The notes under the pieces were generated by a model. That model saw nothing but the letters and a program-made list of their open reading frames with translations, ran no database searches and was not told where the DNA came from. Below, one piece after another: positions 20,778 through 28,884 of a stretch of 32,000 nt of DNA (positions within the stretch are counted from its first letter, which is position 1; each line of letters begins with the position of its first letter). Position numbers and translations under genes: made by a program. This DNA is from Polynucleobacter necessarius (GTDB taxonomy: Bacteria > Pseudomonadota > Gammaproteobacteria > Burkholderiales > Burkholderiaceae): contig NZ_LT606950.1 in the NCBI RefSeq assembly GCF_900095195.1, positions 1,415,879 to 1,447,878 on the forward strand. The letters are read 5' to 3'.

Positions 20778-21608
20778 TTATTTCGTTAAGGCTAAGTTTT
20801 CGGCAATTGCCAACACTGCGTCGGCTTGATTCAAAGAGTAAAAATGCAAGCCTGGAGCCCCTGCTGTCAATAGCTGATCACACAAGTCTGTTACCACCTC
20901 TTCCCCAAAAGCCCGAATGGAAGCAATATCGTCCCCATAAGACTGTAAGCGCAGCCGAATCCAACGCGGAGTCTCAGCGCCGCATGCATCTGAAAATCGC
21001 AACAACTGGCTGCTATTCGTAATCGGCATGATTCCAGCAATAATAGGCTCTGTAACACCTAAGTCATATGCTTCATCCACAAAACGAAAATAAGCATCCG
21101 TGTTGTAGAAATACTGTGTAACAGCGGAGTTGGCACCAGCCTTCATTTTCTGAACGAAGAAGTCTACGTCGCTTACGGGTGATTTTGCTTGCGGATGAGT
21201 CTCTGGATAAGCAGCTACATCAATATGAAACCAATCGCCTGTTTCAGAACGAATAAATTCCACTAACTCATTGGCATGATGAAACTCGCCATACTGCCCC
21301 ATGCCTGACGGCAAATCACCGCGCAAGGCAACAATCCGCTTCACACCTAGAGCTCGATACTGCTTCAGCATCTCACGTACGCTTTCACGCGAACTACCGA
21401 CACACGATAAGTGCGGCGCGACCGCTGCACCAGCAGCGTGGATGTCGCTAACAACCTTTAATGTGCCTGACTGAGTGGATCCACCAGCCCCAAACGTCAC
21501 AGAATAGAACGAGGGTTTGAGCGTTTCGCTGAAACGCTCGCGCACCAAGTGCAACTTATTCTCACCTTCCGGTGTTTTGGGAGGAAAGAACTCGACGCTT
21601 AATTCCAT
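20778..21608 (-). CDS. metF: 5,10-methylenetetrahydrofolate reductase
   Basis: 276 aa with SVEFFPPKT and FGAGGST-type motifs. It lies 30 nt downstream of ahcY on the same strand. Confidence 0.93.
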   Translation of the reverse strand: MELSVEFFPPKTPEGENKLHLVRERFSETLKPSFYSVTFGAGGSTQSGTLKVVSDIHAAGAAVAPHLSCVGSSRESVREMLKQYRALGVKRIVALRGDLPSGMGQYGEFHHANELVEFIRSETGDWFHIDVAAYPETHPQAKSPVSDVDFFVQKMKAGANSAVTQYFYNTDAYFRFVDEAYDLGVTEPIIAGIMPITNSSQLLRFSDACGAETPRWIRLRLQSYGDDIASIRAFGEEVVTDLCDQLLTAGAPGLHFYSLNQADAVLAIAENLALTK

Positions 21609-21638
21609 GATGTTGAGCCTAGGGTTTTGTGAATTGGA

Positions 21639-23084
21639 TTAATAGCGATAATGTTCTGGCTTGTAAGGACCTTCTTTCGTTACACCAATATATGCTGCTT
21701 GCTGATCAGTCAGTTCCGTTAACTGAGCATTGAGCTTCTTCAGTTGCAAGCGTGCAACCTTCTCATCCAAATGCTTTGGCAGCCTGTAAACACCTATAGG
21801 GTATTTATTGGTGCCCCCTGCATTCCATAACTCAATTTGTGCAATCACTTGATTTGCAAATGAAGAGCTCATTACATAAGAAGGATGGCCAGTGCCACAA
21901 CCAAGATTAACCAAGCGGCCTTTCGCTAAAATAATCAAACGCTTTTCTGGCTGACCATTCGCGGCCGGGAAAATAACATGGTCAACTTGGGGCTTAATCT
22001 CTTCCCATTTGTATTTTTCAATACCAGCTACATCGATTTCGTTGTCAAAGTGACCAATGTTACAAACAATCGCTTGGTCTTTCATTTTCACCATATGGTC
22101 ATGCGTAATCACATGGTAGTTGCCGGTTGCTGAAACAAAGATGTCCGCTTTGTCGGCAGCGTAGTCCATCGTCACAACGCGGTAGCCTTCCATTGTCGCT
22201 TGAAGAGCGCAAATCGGATCGACTTCAGTTACCCATACCTGAGCAGATAAGGCGCGCAGAGCTTGCGCAGAGCCTTTACCCACATCGCCATAACCGCAAA
22301 CGACAGCGACTTTACCTGCAACCATCACATCGGTTGCGCGCTTAATAGCGTCAACTAAGGATTCGCGGCAACCATAAAGGTTGTCAAACTTACTCTTGGT
22401 CACAGAGTCGTTGACGTTAATTGCGGGAAACTTCAACTCGCCTTTGGCAAACATTTGATACAAACGATGCACGCCTGTAGTTGTCTCTTCAGTAACGCCT
22501 TTTACTTTTTCCAAACGCGTGGAGTACCAAGTTGGATCTTCAGCCAACTTTCTCTTGATTGCCGCAAAAAGAATGGTCTCCTCTTCGCTAGTTGGGTGGT
22601 TGAGGCAAGCCCGATCTTTTTCCGCGCCCCACCCCAGGTGCAACAACAAGGTAGCATCGCCGCCATCATCCAAAATCATATTGGTATAGCCGCCATCCGC
22701 CCATTCAAAAATGCGATGAGTGAAATCCCAATACTGCTCAAGGGTTTCGCCCTTAATGGCATATACAGGTGTGCCATTAGCTGCAATCGCTGCTGCAGCA
22801 TGATCCTGCGTAGAAAAAATATTGCATGAGGCCCACTGCACTTCAGCGCCAAGAGCCTCAAGGGTCTCGATCAGTACTGCTGTTTGAATGGTCATGTGCA
22901 ATGAGCCAGTGATACGCGCTCCACGCAAAGGTTGTTGCGCAGCAAATTCATCGCGAATAGCGATCAATCCTGGCATTTCAGTTTCAGCAATTGCAATTTC
23001 TTTGCGACCAAAGTCGGCCAAAGTGATGTCGGCAATTGCGCAACGCGTTACTACAAAGTTTTTTAAATCAGTAACAGTATTCAT
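21639..23084 (-). CDS. ahcY: Adenosylhomocysteinase
   Basis: NAD-binding [10 protein letters not shown] and C-terminal ...PEHYRY. I place the start at the internal Met ([10 protein letters not shown]..., ATG 23082-23084), which has GGAG 5 nt upstream. The 20 extra codons in the track ORF would run into the riboswitch platform. Confidence 0.95.
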   Translation of the reverse strand: MNTVTDLKNFVVTRCAIADITLADFGRKEIAIAETEMPGLIAIRDEFAAQQPLRGARITGSLHMTIQTAVLIETLEALGAEVQWASCNIFSTQDHAAAAIAANGTPVYAIKGETLEQYWDFTHRIFEWADGGYTNMILDDGGDATLLLHLGWGAEKDRACLNHPTSEEETILFAAIKRKLAEDPTWYSTRLEKVKGVTEETTTGVHRLYQMFAKGELKFPAINVNDSVTKSKFDNLYGCRESLVDAIKRATDVMVAGKVAVVCGYGDVGKGSAQALRALSAQVWVTEVDPICALQATMEGYRVVTMDYAADKADIFVSATGNYHVITHDHMVKMKDQAIVCNIGHFDNEIDVAGIEKYKWEEIKPQVDHVIFPAANGQPEKRLIILAKGRLVNLGCGTGHPSYVMSSSFANQVIAQIELWNAGGTNKYPIGVYRLPKHLDEKVARLQLKKLNAQLTELTDQQAAYIGVTKEGPYKPEHYRY

Positions 23085-23155
23085 GAATGCTCCAGCTAAA
23101 TACGATCCAATGCTGGAGTACAAACTCGCTAGCCGTTGAATCATGGGTTAGCGAG
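23085..23155 (-). promoter_or_regulatory. Riboswitch expression platform: a terminator-like hairpin overlapping the aptamer 3' strand, plus an SD-containing hairpin
   Basis: Hairpin A is CUCGCUA...UAGCGAG (23125-23155) followed by UUUGUA. Its 5' arm shares nucleotides with the pseudoknot strand GCGCUC. Hairpin B is CUCCAGC...GCUGGAG (23090-23118), and its 3' arm contains the GGAG Shine-Dalgarno 5 nt before the AUG. Confidence 0.55.
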
Positions 23156-23260
23156 CGCAGTTGCAATTAGCAAATCAGAGAATCAACTCAGAATTCACTC
23201 CCTTCAAGCCTGGGGAAATGTTGGATCTCAACACTCCTTGCAACGCTCCTTGAAGGTGTG
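23150..23260 (-). promoter_or_regulatory. SAH riboswitch aptamer (S-adenosylhomocysteine-sensing, Rfam SAH_riboswitch class) in the ahcY leader
   Basis: The minus-strand RNA reads CCUUCAAG-GAGCG-UUGCAAGG...UGUUGagaucCAACA...CCCCAGGC-UUGAAGG-(about 40-nt hairpin insert)-GCAAC-UGCGCUC. It has a perfect 8-bp P1 (CCUUCAAG/CUUGAAGG), a GAGCG/CGCUC pseudoknot, and the conserved UGC.A, CAGGC and AAC.GCGCUC blocks as I recall the consensus. It sits in the canonical location upstream of ahcY-metF. Confidence 0.85.
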
Positions 23261-23299
23261 GCGTAATTGTAAACAATTACCCATATTTCGCCTTACTAC

Positions 23300-23333
23300 A
23301 TCAACAAACAGCCTTTCTATGCATCCAAAGGCT
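23300..23333 (-). terminator. Rho-independent terminator of metK
   Basis: Directly after the metK stop the RNA reads AGCCUUU-ggaugcauag-AAAGGCU (7-bp stem, 23310-23333), followed by GUUUGUUGAU. Confidence 0.6.
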
Positions 23334-24500
23334 TTATAGACCTGCCACAGCGCGCAGCGCAGCTGCTTTATCAGTCTGCTCCCACGCAAACTCTGGCTCT
23401 TCGCGACCAAAGTGGCCGTAGGCCGCAGTTTTACGATAAATGGGGCGCAACAAATTGAGCATCTTCACAATACCCTTTGGACGCAAGTCAAAGTGCTCAG
23501 AAACCAACTGAGCAATCTTCTCATCTGAAATTTTGCCTGTGCCAAACGTGCTCACCATCACTGAAGTTGGCTTCGCAACACCAATCGCATAAGAAATCTG
23601 AATCAAACACTTACTTGCCAAACCGGCAGCAACCACATTCTTAGCAACATAACGTCCAGCATAAGCAGCGGAACGATCAACCTTTGATGGGTCCTTGCCG
23701 GAGAACGCGCCACCGCCGTGAGGGGCTGCACCGCCGTAGGTATCAACAATAATTTTGCGACCCGTTAAACCACAATCCCCTTGTGGGCCGCCAATAACAA
23801 AGCAGCCAGTGGGGTTCACCAAGTAATTAATTGCACCCTTAATTAAATGTTTAGGCAATACTGGTTTAATAATTTCTTCGATCACCGCTTCGCGCAACTT
23901 TTCGAGAGAAATATCTTCGTCATGCTGAGTAGACAGAACCACGGTATCAATCGAATCGGGCTTACCATCCACATAACGCAAAGTTACTTGTGACTTTGCA
24001 TCTGGGCGTAACCAAGTTAAGCGTCCATCACGACGCAATTGAGATTGGCGATTAACTAAACGGTGTGATAAGTGAATTGGTAGTGGCATGAGTTCGGCCG
24101 CCTCATCACAGGCATAACCAAACATCAACCCTTGATCGCCGGCGCCTTGATCTAAGCCATCATCATGCGCTTTGTCTACGCCTTGGGCGATATCGGGGCT
24201 TTGCTTATCGTATGCCACTAGTACAGCGCATCCTTTGTAATCAATACCGTAGGCGGTATTGTCATATCCGATTTCGCGCAAAGTATTGCGAGCGACTTGA
24301 ATGTAGTCTACGTTTGCATTGGTAGTAATTTCACCAGCTAATACAACCAAGCCGGTATTACATAAAGTCTCCGCTGCTACACGAGCGGTGGGATCTTGAG
24401 CCAGAATGGCATCAAGGATCGAATCTGAAATTTGGTCTGCTACTTTATCGGGGTGACCTTCAGAGACAGATTCTGAGGTAAAGAAGTAATCATTTGCCAT
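23334..24500 (-). CDS. metK: S-adenosylmethionine synthetase
   Basis: [26 protein letters not shown] and [16 protein letters not shown]. The start is at the internal Met (ATG 24498-24500) with AAGGAA upstream. The 20-codon N-terminal extension in the track ORF is not MetK-like. Confidence 0.97.
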   Translation of the reverse strand: MANDYFFTSESVSEGHPDKVADQISDSILDAILAQDPTARVAAETLCNTGLVVLAGEITTNANVDYIQVARNTLREIGYDNTAYGIDYKGCAVLVAYDKQSPDIAQGVDKAHDDGLDQGAGDQGLMFGYACDEAAELMPLPIHLSHRLVNRQSQLRRDGRLTWLRPDAKSQVTLRYVDGKPDSIDTVVLSTQHDEDISLEKLREAVIEEIIKPVLPKHLIKGAINYLVNPTGCFVIGGPQGDCGLTGRKIIVDTYGGAAPHGGGAFSGKDPSKVDRSAAYAGRYVAKNVVAAGLASKCLIQISYAIGVAKPTSVMVSTFGTGKISDEKIAQLVSEHFDLRPKGIVKMLNLLRPIYRKTAAYGHFGREEPEFAWEQTDKAAALRAVAGL

Positions 24501-24684
24501 TGCATATTCCTTAAAAATTAACACGATCTTTGGGACAACTCGACGCGCCTGGAACCACAACGGCGACGCTTTAGCAGAATTTTTGAATCGCCCCGCAAGT
24601 TGTCTTAACTCAGCGATGTTGTAATTTTATCTGAAATCCATGGAATCGATCAAGGTACGCTGAAATTTGGTCTATATGGCTTGA

Positions 24685-25552
24685 TTGAATATCATCGGGG
24701 GGGTGAGAAAATTCCTACTCAAGCTTGGTCTAGATTTGGTTGCCGTGCTTCCCTTAGCGGTAGTGCAGGTATTAGGCGCCTTTTTGGATCTTCTCGCATA
24801 TATTGGATCAAAGCAATATCGCTCACTCTTTAAGCCTCAATATGCTGCGGTTGTTAAGTCTCGCAATCTTCCTTTTGAGCTATGGAAGGCAGTCCGAGCC
24901 TCAGGAATGCTCTTCTCAGATAGTCTTTGGATTTGGCGCAATCCTAAAAAGGCGCTTCATTTAGTTGAGGTTCAAGGCTGGAATATTGTCGAATCCGCCA
25001 TTAATGAAGGTCATGGCTTAGTCATGTTGACCCCCAATCTAGGAGGCTTTGAAATTATTCCGCGCGTTCTTGCGCAGCATTTTCCGGCCACGATTTTGTA
25101 TCGCCCCTCACGACAAAATTGGCTCAATGAAATAGTTGAAGAAGGCCGCGCCTATCCCAACATGCATTTCGTGCCGACCAATCTCAACGGCGTCCGCCAA
25201 ATGACTCGAGCACTAACGCGCGGTGAAGCAATCGGCATTCTTCCTGATCAAGTACCAAGCGGTGGAGAAGGAGTATGGGTTCTTTTTTTGGAAGGCCGGC
25301 CTACACAACACCTTTACCTGCAAGGCTGGCAAACCGAAATAACACGCCCGTAGTGATGTTTACCGCAAAGCGTAAGTCACTAGGTTAATGCAAGCAACAC
25401 GTCTTACGCCTTTTGCGGAAGATGCTACTTTGGCCGCAACAGAGTTAAACATCGCCATAGAAAATGCAGTACTAGTGGCTTCAGAGCAATTTATTTGGTC
25501 CTACACCCGCTATAAACATCCTGCGGGCGCAGGATTGCCTCCGAGTAATTAG
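24685..25552 (+). pseudogene. Lipid A late (secondary) acyltransferase, LpxL/HtrB family, copy 1, disrupted
   Basis: The family sequence is spread over three frames: ...GILPDQVPSGGEGVWV | FFGRPAYTTPLPARLANRNNTPVVMFTAKRKSLG | ...ATELNIAIENAVLVASEQFIWSYTRYKHPAG. Frameshifts lie at the T7 run 25283-25289 and within 25376-25385. The HX4E active-site His is replaced by Asn (TPNLGGFE, codon 25036-25038). Confidence 0.8.
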
Positions 25553-25567
25553 CGCTCTATTTTTGCA

Positions 25568-26462
25568 ATGACTTTGCTATCAAATTTCTTTAATTTCCTT
25601 GGGCTCAGCTTATTGCGTCTGTTTGCCTTTCTGCCCTACGCTGTAACCATTTATGTAGGCTATGGCTTAAGGTGGCTAGCAACACATATTCCAAATAGTC
25701 GAGCTAGGGTTGTCAAAAAAGTCTTCGTCTGTGCTTTCCTAGTTTGAGCGAGGATGAGATTAATCGACTTGCAACAGAGCATTGGAAGCTTTTGGTCGAA
25801 GCGTATTGGAAAAAAGTCGTATTTGGCTTGGTAGCGGAAATCAAATCAGGGATATTGTGACAATTGATTCCGAAATTCCGCTTGGTGATCTCAAGCCACG
25901 TCTTCTCATTAATCCACATTTTGTTGGTTTAGAGGGTGGGTTTATGGCGCTCTCTGTTTTGGCCAACAAACATGGGTGGCCAAAGGGGGCTGGGCTTTAC
26001 CAAAGCATGAAAAATCCCTTCTTCAAAAAAAATGATCGAATGGCGCAATCGCTTTGGAGGGAAGTCCATTGAACGGCAAAGCAAGCTGCGCGACCTCATT
26101 CGAGAAATTCAAACTGGGAACTTTATCTTTATCGCGCCAGATATTGATTTAGGCCCACGAGATTCTGTCTTCGTTCCGCTCTTCGGAATACAAACCAACA
26201 CGATCACATCTGTGTCAAAACTGGCAAAGCTCAGCGGAGCAGAGGTATGCTTAATGACCACTACTCTGAATCAAGACCGTAAAGGTTATACCTGCAATAT
26301 CAGAAAGCCCTTACCAAACTTTCCGAGCGATGACGTTGAAAAAGATACTGCCCGACTAAATCAATACATCGAAGAGCTTGTTCGCCAAAGACCAGCAGAG
26401 TACTATTGGTTCATAAACGCTTTAAACATCGCCCTCCTGGCAAACCGAGCCTTTACGATTAG
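25568..26462 (+). pseudogene. Lipid A late (secondary) acyltransferase, LpxL/HtrB family, copy 2, disrupted
   Basis: The family sequence can be reassembled only by four frame changes: MTLLSNFF...RARVVKK | LRLCFPSLSEDEINRLATEHWKLLVEAYWKK | ...LLINPHFVGLEGG...MKNPFFKK | IEWRNRFGG...[25 protein letters not shown]...RPAEYYWF | [16 protein letters not shown]. The shifts fall at A6 25715-25720, A6 25810-25815, A8 26025-26032 and near 26410-26412. Confidence 0.8.
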
Positions 26463-26517
26463 AGATATTTTGAGTAATTATCAAAACCATACTATACGAA
26501 AACTGCGCTTCACAAAA

Positions 26518-27372
26518 ATGCATGGTGCTGGCAATGATTTCATTGTACTCAACGGAATTGATCAAGATTTAAGCGGCCTTACAAGGGAACAATGGCAAAC
26601 CTTGGCTCATCGCCAGTTTGGCATTGGTGCAGATCAAATCTTGCTAGTTGAAAAAGCGACTCGGGCGGATGCTGACTTCAAGTATCGAATTTTTAATGCC
26701 GATGGCGGTGAAGTAGAGCAGTGTGGAAATGGCTCTCGTTGCTTTGTGCGCTTTGTGATAGATCAAAATTTGTCCGACAAAAATCCTTTGCGCGTTGAAG
26801 TGGCGCACACTGTCCTCACTCTCAAATCGCATCCCGATGGTCAAATCGAAGTGGATATGGGCGCACCTATTTTTGAGCATAGTCATATTCCGTTTAATTC
26901 AAACGGGTTGGCTAGCATGCAAAAGTTTCATGAGACGCTGTATGCCCTGTCGTTAGATATGCCAGCAACGCATGACAGCTTTGTCGGAGTGCTTTCAATG
27001 GGCAATCCACATGCGGTTCAATTGGTAAGCGATGTTGCTAGCGCGCCCGTCCTCGAAGAAGGCCCCAGCATTGAACAGCATCCCGCATTTCCGAATCGAG
27101 TCAATGCGGGCTATATGCAAATCGTTAATCGCAATGAAATTCAATTGCGTGTATACGAGCGTGGCGCTGGCGAGACCCTAGCGTGTGGAACTGGTGCTTG
27201 TGCAGCAGTTGTATCAGGAATACGCAGAGGCCTATTAGACTCTCCAGTCAGAGTGCATACCCGTGGCGGTGACCTTCAAATCGCTTGGGGCGGCCTAGTA
27301 AATGGCATAGCGCAGAATGTCATCATGACTGGGCCAGCAGTTACTGTCTTTGAAGGCAAAACAACTATCTAA
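26518..27372 (+). CDS. dapF: Diaminopimelate epimerase
   Basis: [11 protein letters not shown], with catalytic cysteines in CGNGSRCF and ACGTGACA. The start is uncertain: the conserved family N-terminus (..[14 protein letters not shown]) extends upstream of this ATG without an ATG; an in-frame TTG at 26470 is an alternative. The 446-aa track ORF (26032-27372) is a read-through from the upstream pseudogene. Confidence 0.9.
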   Translation: MHGAGNDFIVLNGIDQDLSGLTREQWQTLAHRQFGIGADQILLVEKATRADADFKYRIFNADGGEVEQCGNGSRCFVRFVIDQNLSDKNPLRVEVAHTVLTLKSHPDGQIEVDMGAPIFEHSHIPFNSNGLASMQKFHETLYALSLDMPATHDSFVGVLSMGNPHAVQLVSDVASAPVLEEGPSIEQHPAFPNRVNAGYMQIVNRNEIQLRVYERGAGETLACGTGACAAVVSGIRRGLLDSPVRVHTRGGDLQIAWGGLVNGIAQNVIMTGPAVTVFEGKTTI

Positions 27373-27388
27373 GAAATACTTCTTAGAT
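27367..27388. terminator. Perfect 9-bp hairpin spanning both stop codons of convergent dapF and pyrE
   Basis: atctaagaa (27367-27375) / ttcttagat (27380-27388) with a 4-nt loop (atac). It is AT-rich, has no U-tract, and contains the TAA of dapF and the TAA of pyrE. Confidence 0.4.
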
Positions 27389-28051
27389 GCCGTACTTATC
27401 CAGATACGCTGTTACGGCTGGCAAGTAATTGCTGAGTTGACTATCGCTTGATGCAGTTAAAAATGACATTAAGCCGGTTAAATTCGCAATTGAAATTACC
27501 GGCAAACCAAATTCTTGCTCAACCGCTTGAACAGCAGACTTTTCGCCAATCTCCGTTGCGGTTCCCGATCGCTCCATCCGGTCGAGCGCAATCAAAACGG
27601 CTGCTGGCTCTGCGCCTGCTTTTCGTATTAAATCGACCGACTCCCTAACTGAGGTGCCTGCAGAAATAACGTCATCAATAATGACCACCCTACCTTTGAC
27701 GGGCGCACCAACCAAAACACCGCCCTCACCATGATCTTTTGCTTCTTTACGGTTATAGGCATAAGGAACATTAATACCGTTATCAGCCAGTGCAATTGCA
27801 GTAGCAGCTGCTAGCGTAATGCCCTTATAAGCTGGGCCATACAACATGTCAAACTTCAGATGAGATTCTTGTAAAGCTTTGGCGTAATAACGGCCTAAGG
27901 CTCCCAAGCGAGCTCCATCATCAAATCCACCGACATTAAAAAGATAGGGCGAAAGTCTGCCAGCTTTAGTTTTAAACTCTCCGAAGGACAAGACCTTTGC
28001 GTCTAAAGCAAAGCGAATGAAATTATCTTGATTTGAAGTATTTGAGCTCAT
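27383..28051 (-). CDS. pyrE: Orotate phosphoribosyltransferase
   Basis: 222 aa with PRPP-binding motif VVIIDDVISAGTS and FGEFKTKAGRLSPYLFN. Confidence 0.95.
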   Translation of the reverse strand: MSSNTSNQDNFIRFALDAKVLSFGEFKTKAGRLSPYLFNVGGFDDGARLGALGRYYAKALQESHLKFDMLYGPAYKGITLAAATAIALADNGINVPYAYNRKEAKDHGEGGVLVGAPVKGRVVIIDDVISAGTSVRESVDLIRKAGAEPAAVLIALDRMERSGTATEIGEKSAVQAVEQEFGLPVISIANLTGLMSFLTASSDSQLSNYLPAVTAYLDKYGI

Positions 28052-28059
28052 AGGCCTAC

Positions 28060-28884
28060 ATGTTACGCATCATTTCAGCGAACCTCAACGGCATTCGATC
28101 CGCAGTCAAAAAAGGCTTTTTGCCATGGGCAATCAAGCAAAAAGCTGATTTTATTTGCCTACAAGAATTTAAGGCGCAACGCGACGATCTCGAAGATACC
28201 ATTCTGAATCCAAACGGCATGCACGGATTTTTCCATGATGCTGAGAAAAAAGGATACAGTGGTTGCGGTATTTATACCCCTCACAAACCTGAAGAAGTCC
28301 TCTATGGATATGGCAATCCCGAGTTTGATGCTGAAGGTCGATATGTCGAGGCTCGCTTCAAAGAACTCTCCATCATTTCTGTTTATATGCCCTCAGGCTC
28401 AAGCTCGCCAGAGCGCCAAGAGGCCAAATACCGCTACCTCGATAGCTTTCTACCACACCTCGTCAACCTCAAAAAATCGGGCCGTGAAATCGTATTGTGC
28501 GGCGACGTCAATATCGCTCATCATGAAATCGATCTTAAGAACTGGAAGGGTAATATTAAAAATTCTGGGTTTCTGTCTAAAGAACGAGCATGGCTTACCA
28601 ATCTTTTTGACAATGTAGGCTACGTAGACGTTTATCGCAAACTCGAGCCTAAGGCTAGTGAGTCTTGTTATACGTGGTGGAGCAATCGTGGGCAAGCGTA
28701 TGCAAAAAATGTGGGGTGGCGCATTGACTACCAGATCGCAACACCAGGCATCGCTGCTAACGCAAAAAAAGCTACTGTATATAAAGACGAAAAATTTTCA
28801 GACCACGCGCCGCTTACGATCGATTACGACTGGAAACTTAAACATCTATCCCAAAGAAATTATTCATCTTCTTTTTTGATCTGA
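28060..28884 (+). CDS. xthA: Exodeoxyribonuclease III
   Basis: 274 aa with MLRIISANLNGIRSA, LCLQEFK-type, GDVNIAH and SDHAPL motifs of the EEP/ExoIII family. The C-terminal tail overlaps the 3' end of ampG by 25 nt. Confidence 0.93.
   Translation: MLRIISANLNGIRSAVKKGFLPWAIKQKADFICLQEFKAQRDDLEDTILNPNGMHGFFHDAEKKGYSGCGIYTPHKPEEVLYGYGNPEFDAEGRYVEARFKELSIISVYMPSGSSSPERQEAKYRYLDSFLPHLVNLKKSGREIVLCGDVNIAHHEIDLKNWKGNIKNSGFLSKERAWLTNLFDNVGYVDVYRKLEPKASESCYTWWSNRGQAYAKNVGWRIDYQIATPGIAANAKKATVYKDEKFSDHAPLTIDYDWKLKHLSQRNYSSSFLI

Noticed and set aside
23085-23144. 20-codon N-terminal extension of ahcY in the ORF track ([20 protein letters not shown])
   Set aside because: It overlaps the riboswitch expression platform, is not AhcY-like, and the internal ATG at 23082-23084 has a GGAG Shine-Dalgarno at proper spacing.
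24501-24560. 20-codon N-terminal extension of metK in the ORF track
   Set aside because: MetK family proteins start close to the GHPDK motif. The ATG at 24498-24500 is preceded by AAGGAA, and the extension is not conserved-looking.
26032-27372. 446-aa ORF that could be read as a novel acyltransferase-epimerase fusion protein
   Set aside because: The N-terminal 160 residues are the C-terminal fragment of the frameshifted LpxL-family gene. That gene leaves its own frame again near 26411, and the rest is a normal DapF. The continuity is an accident of the pseudogene frames, not a designed fusion.
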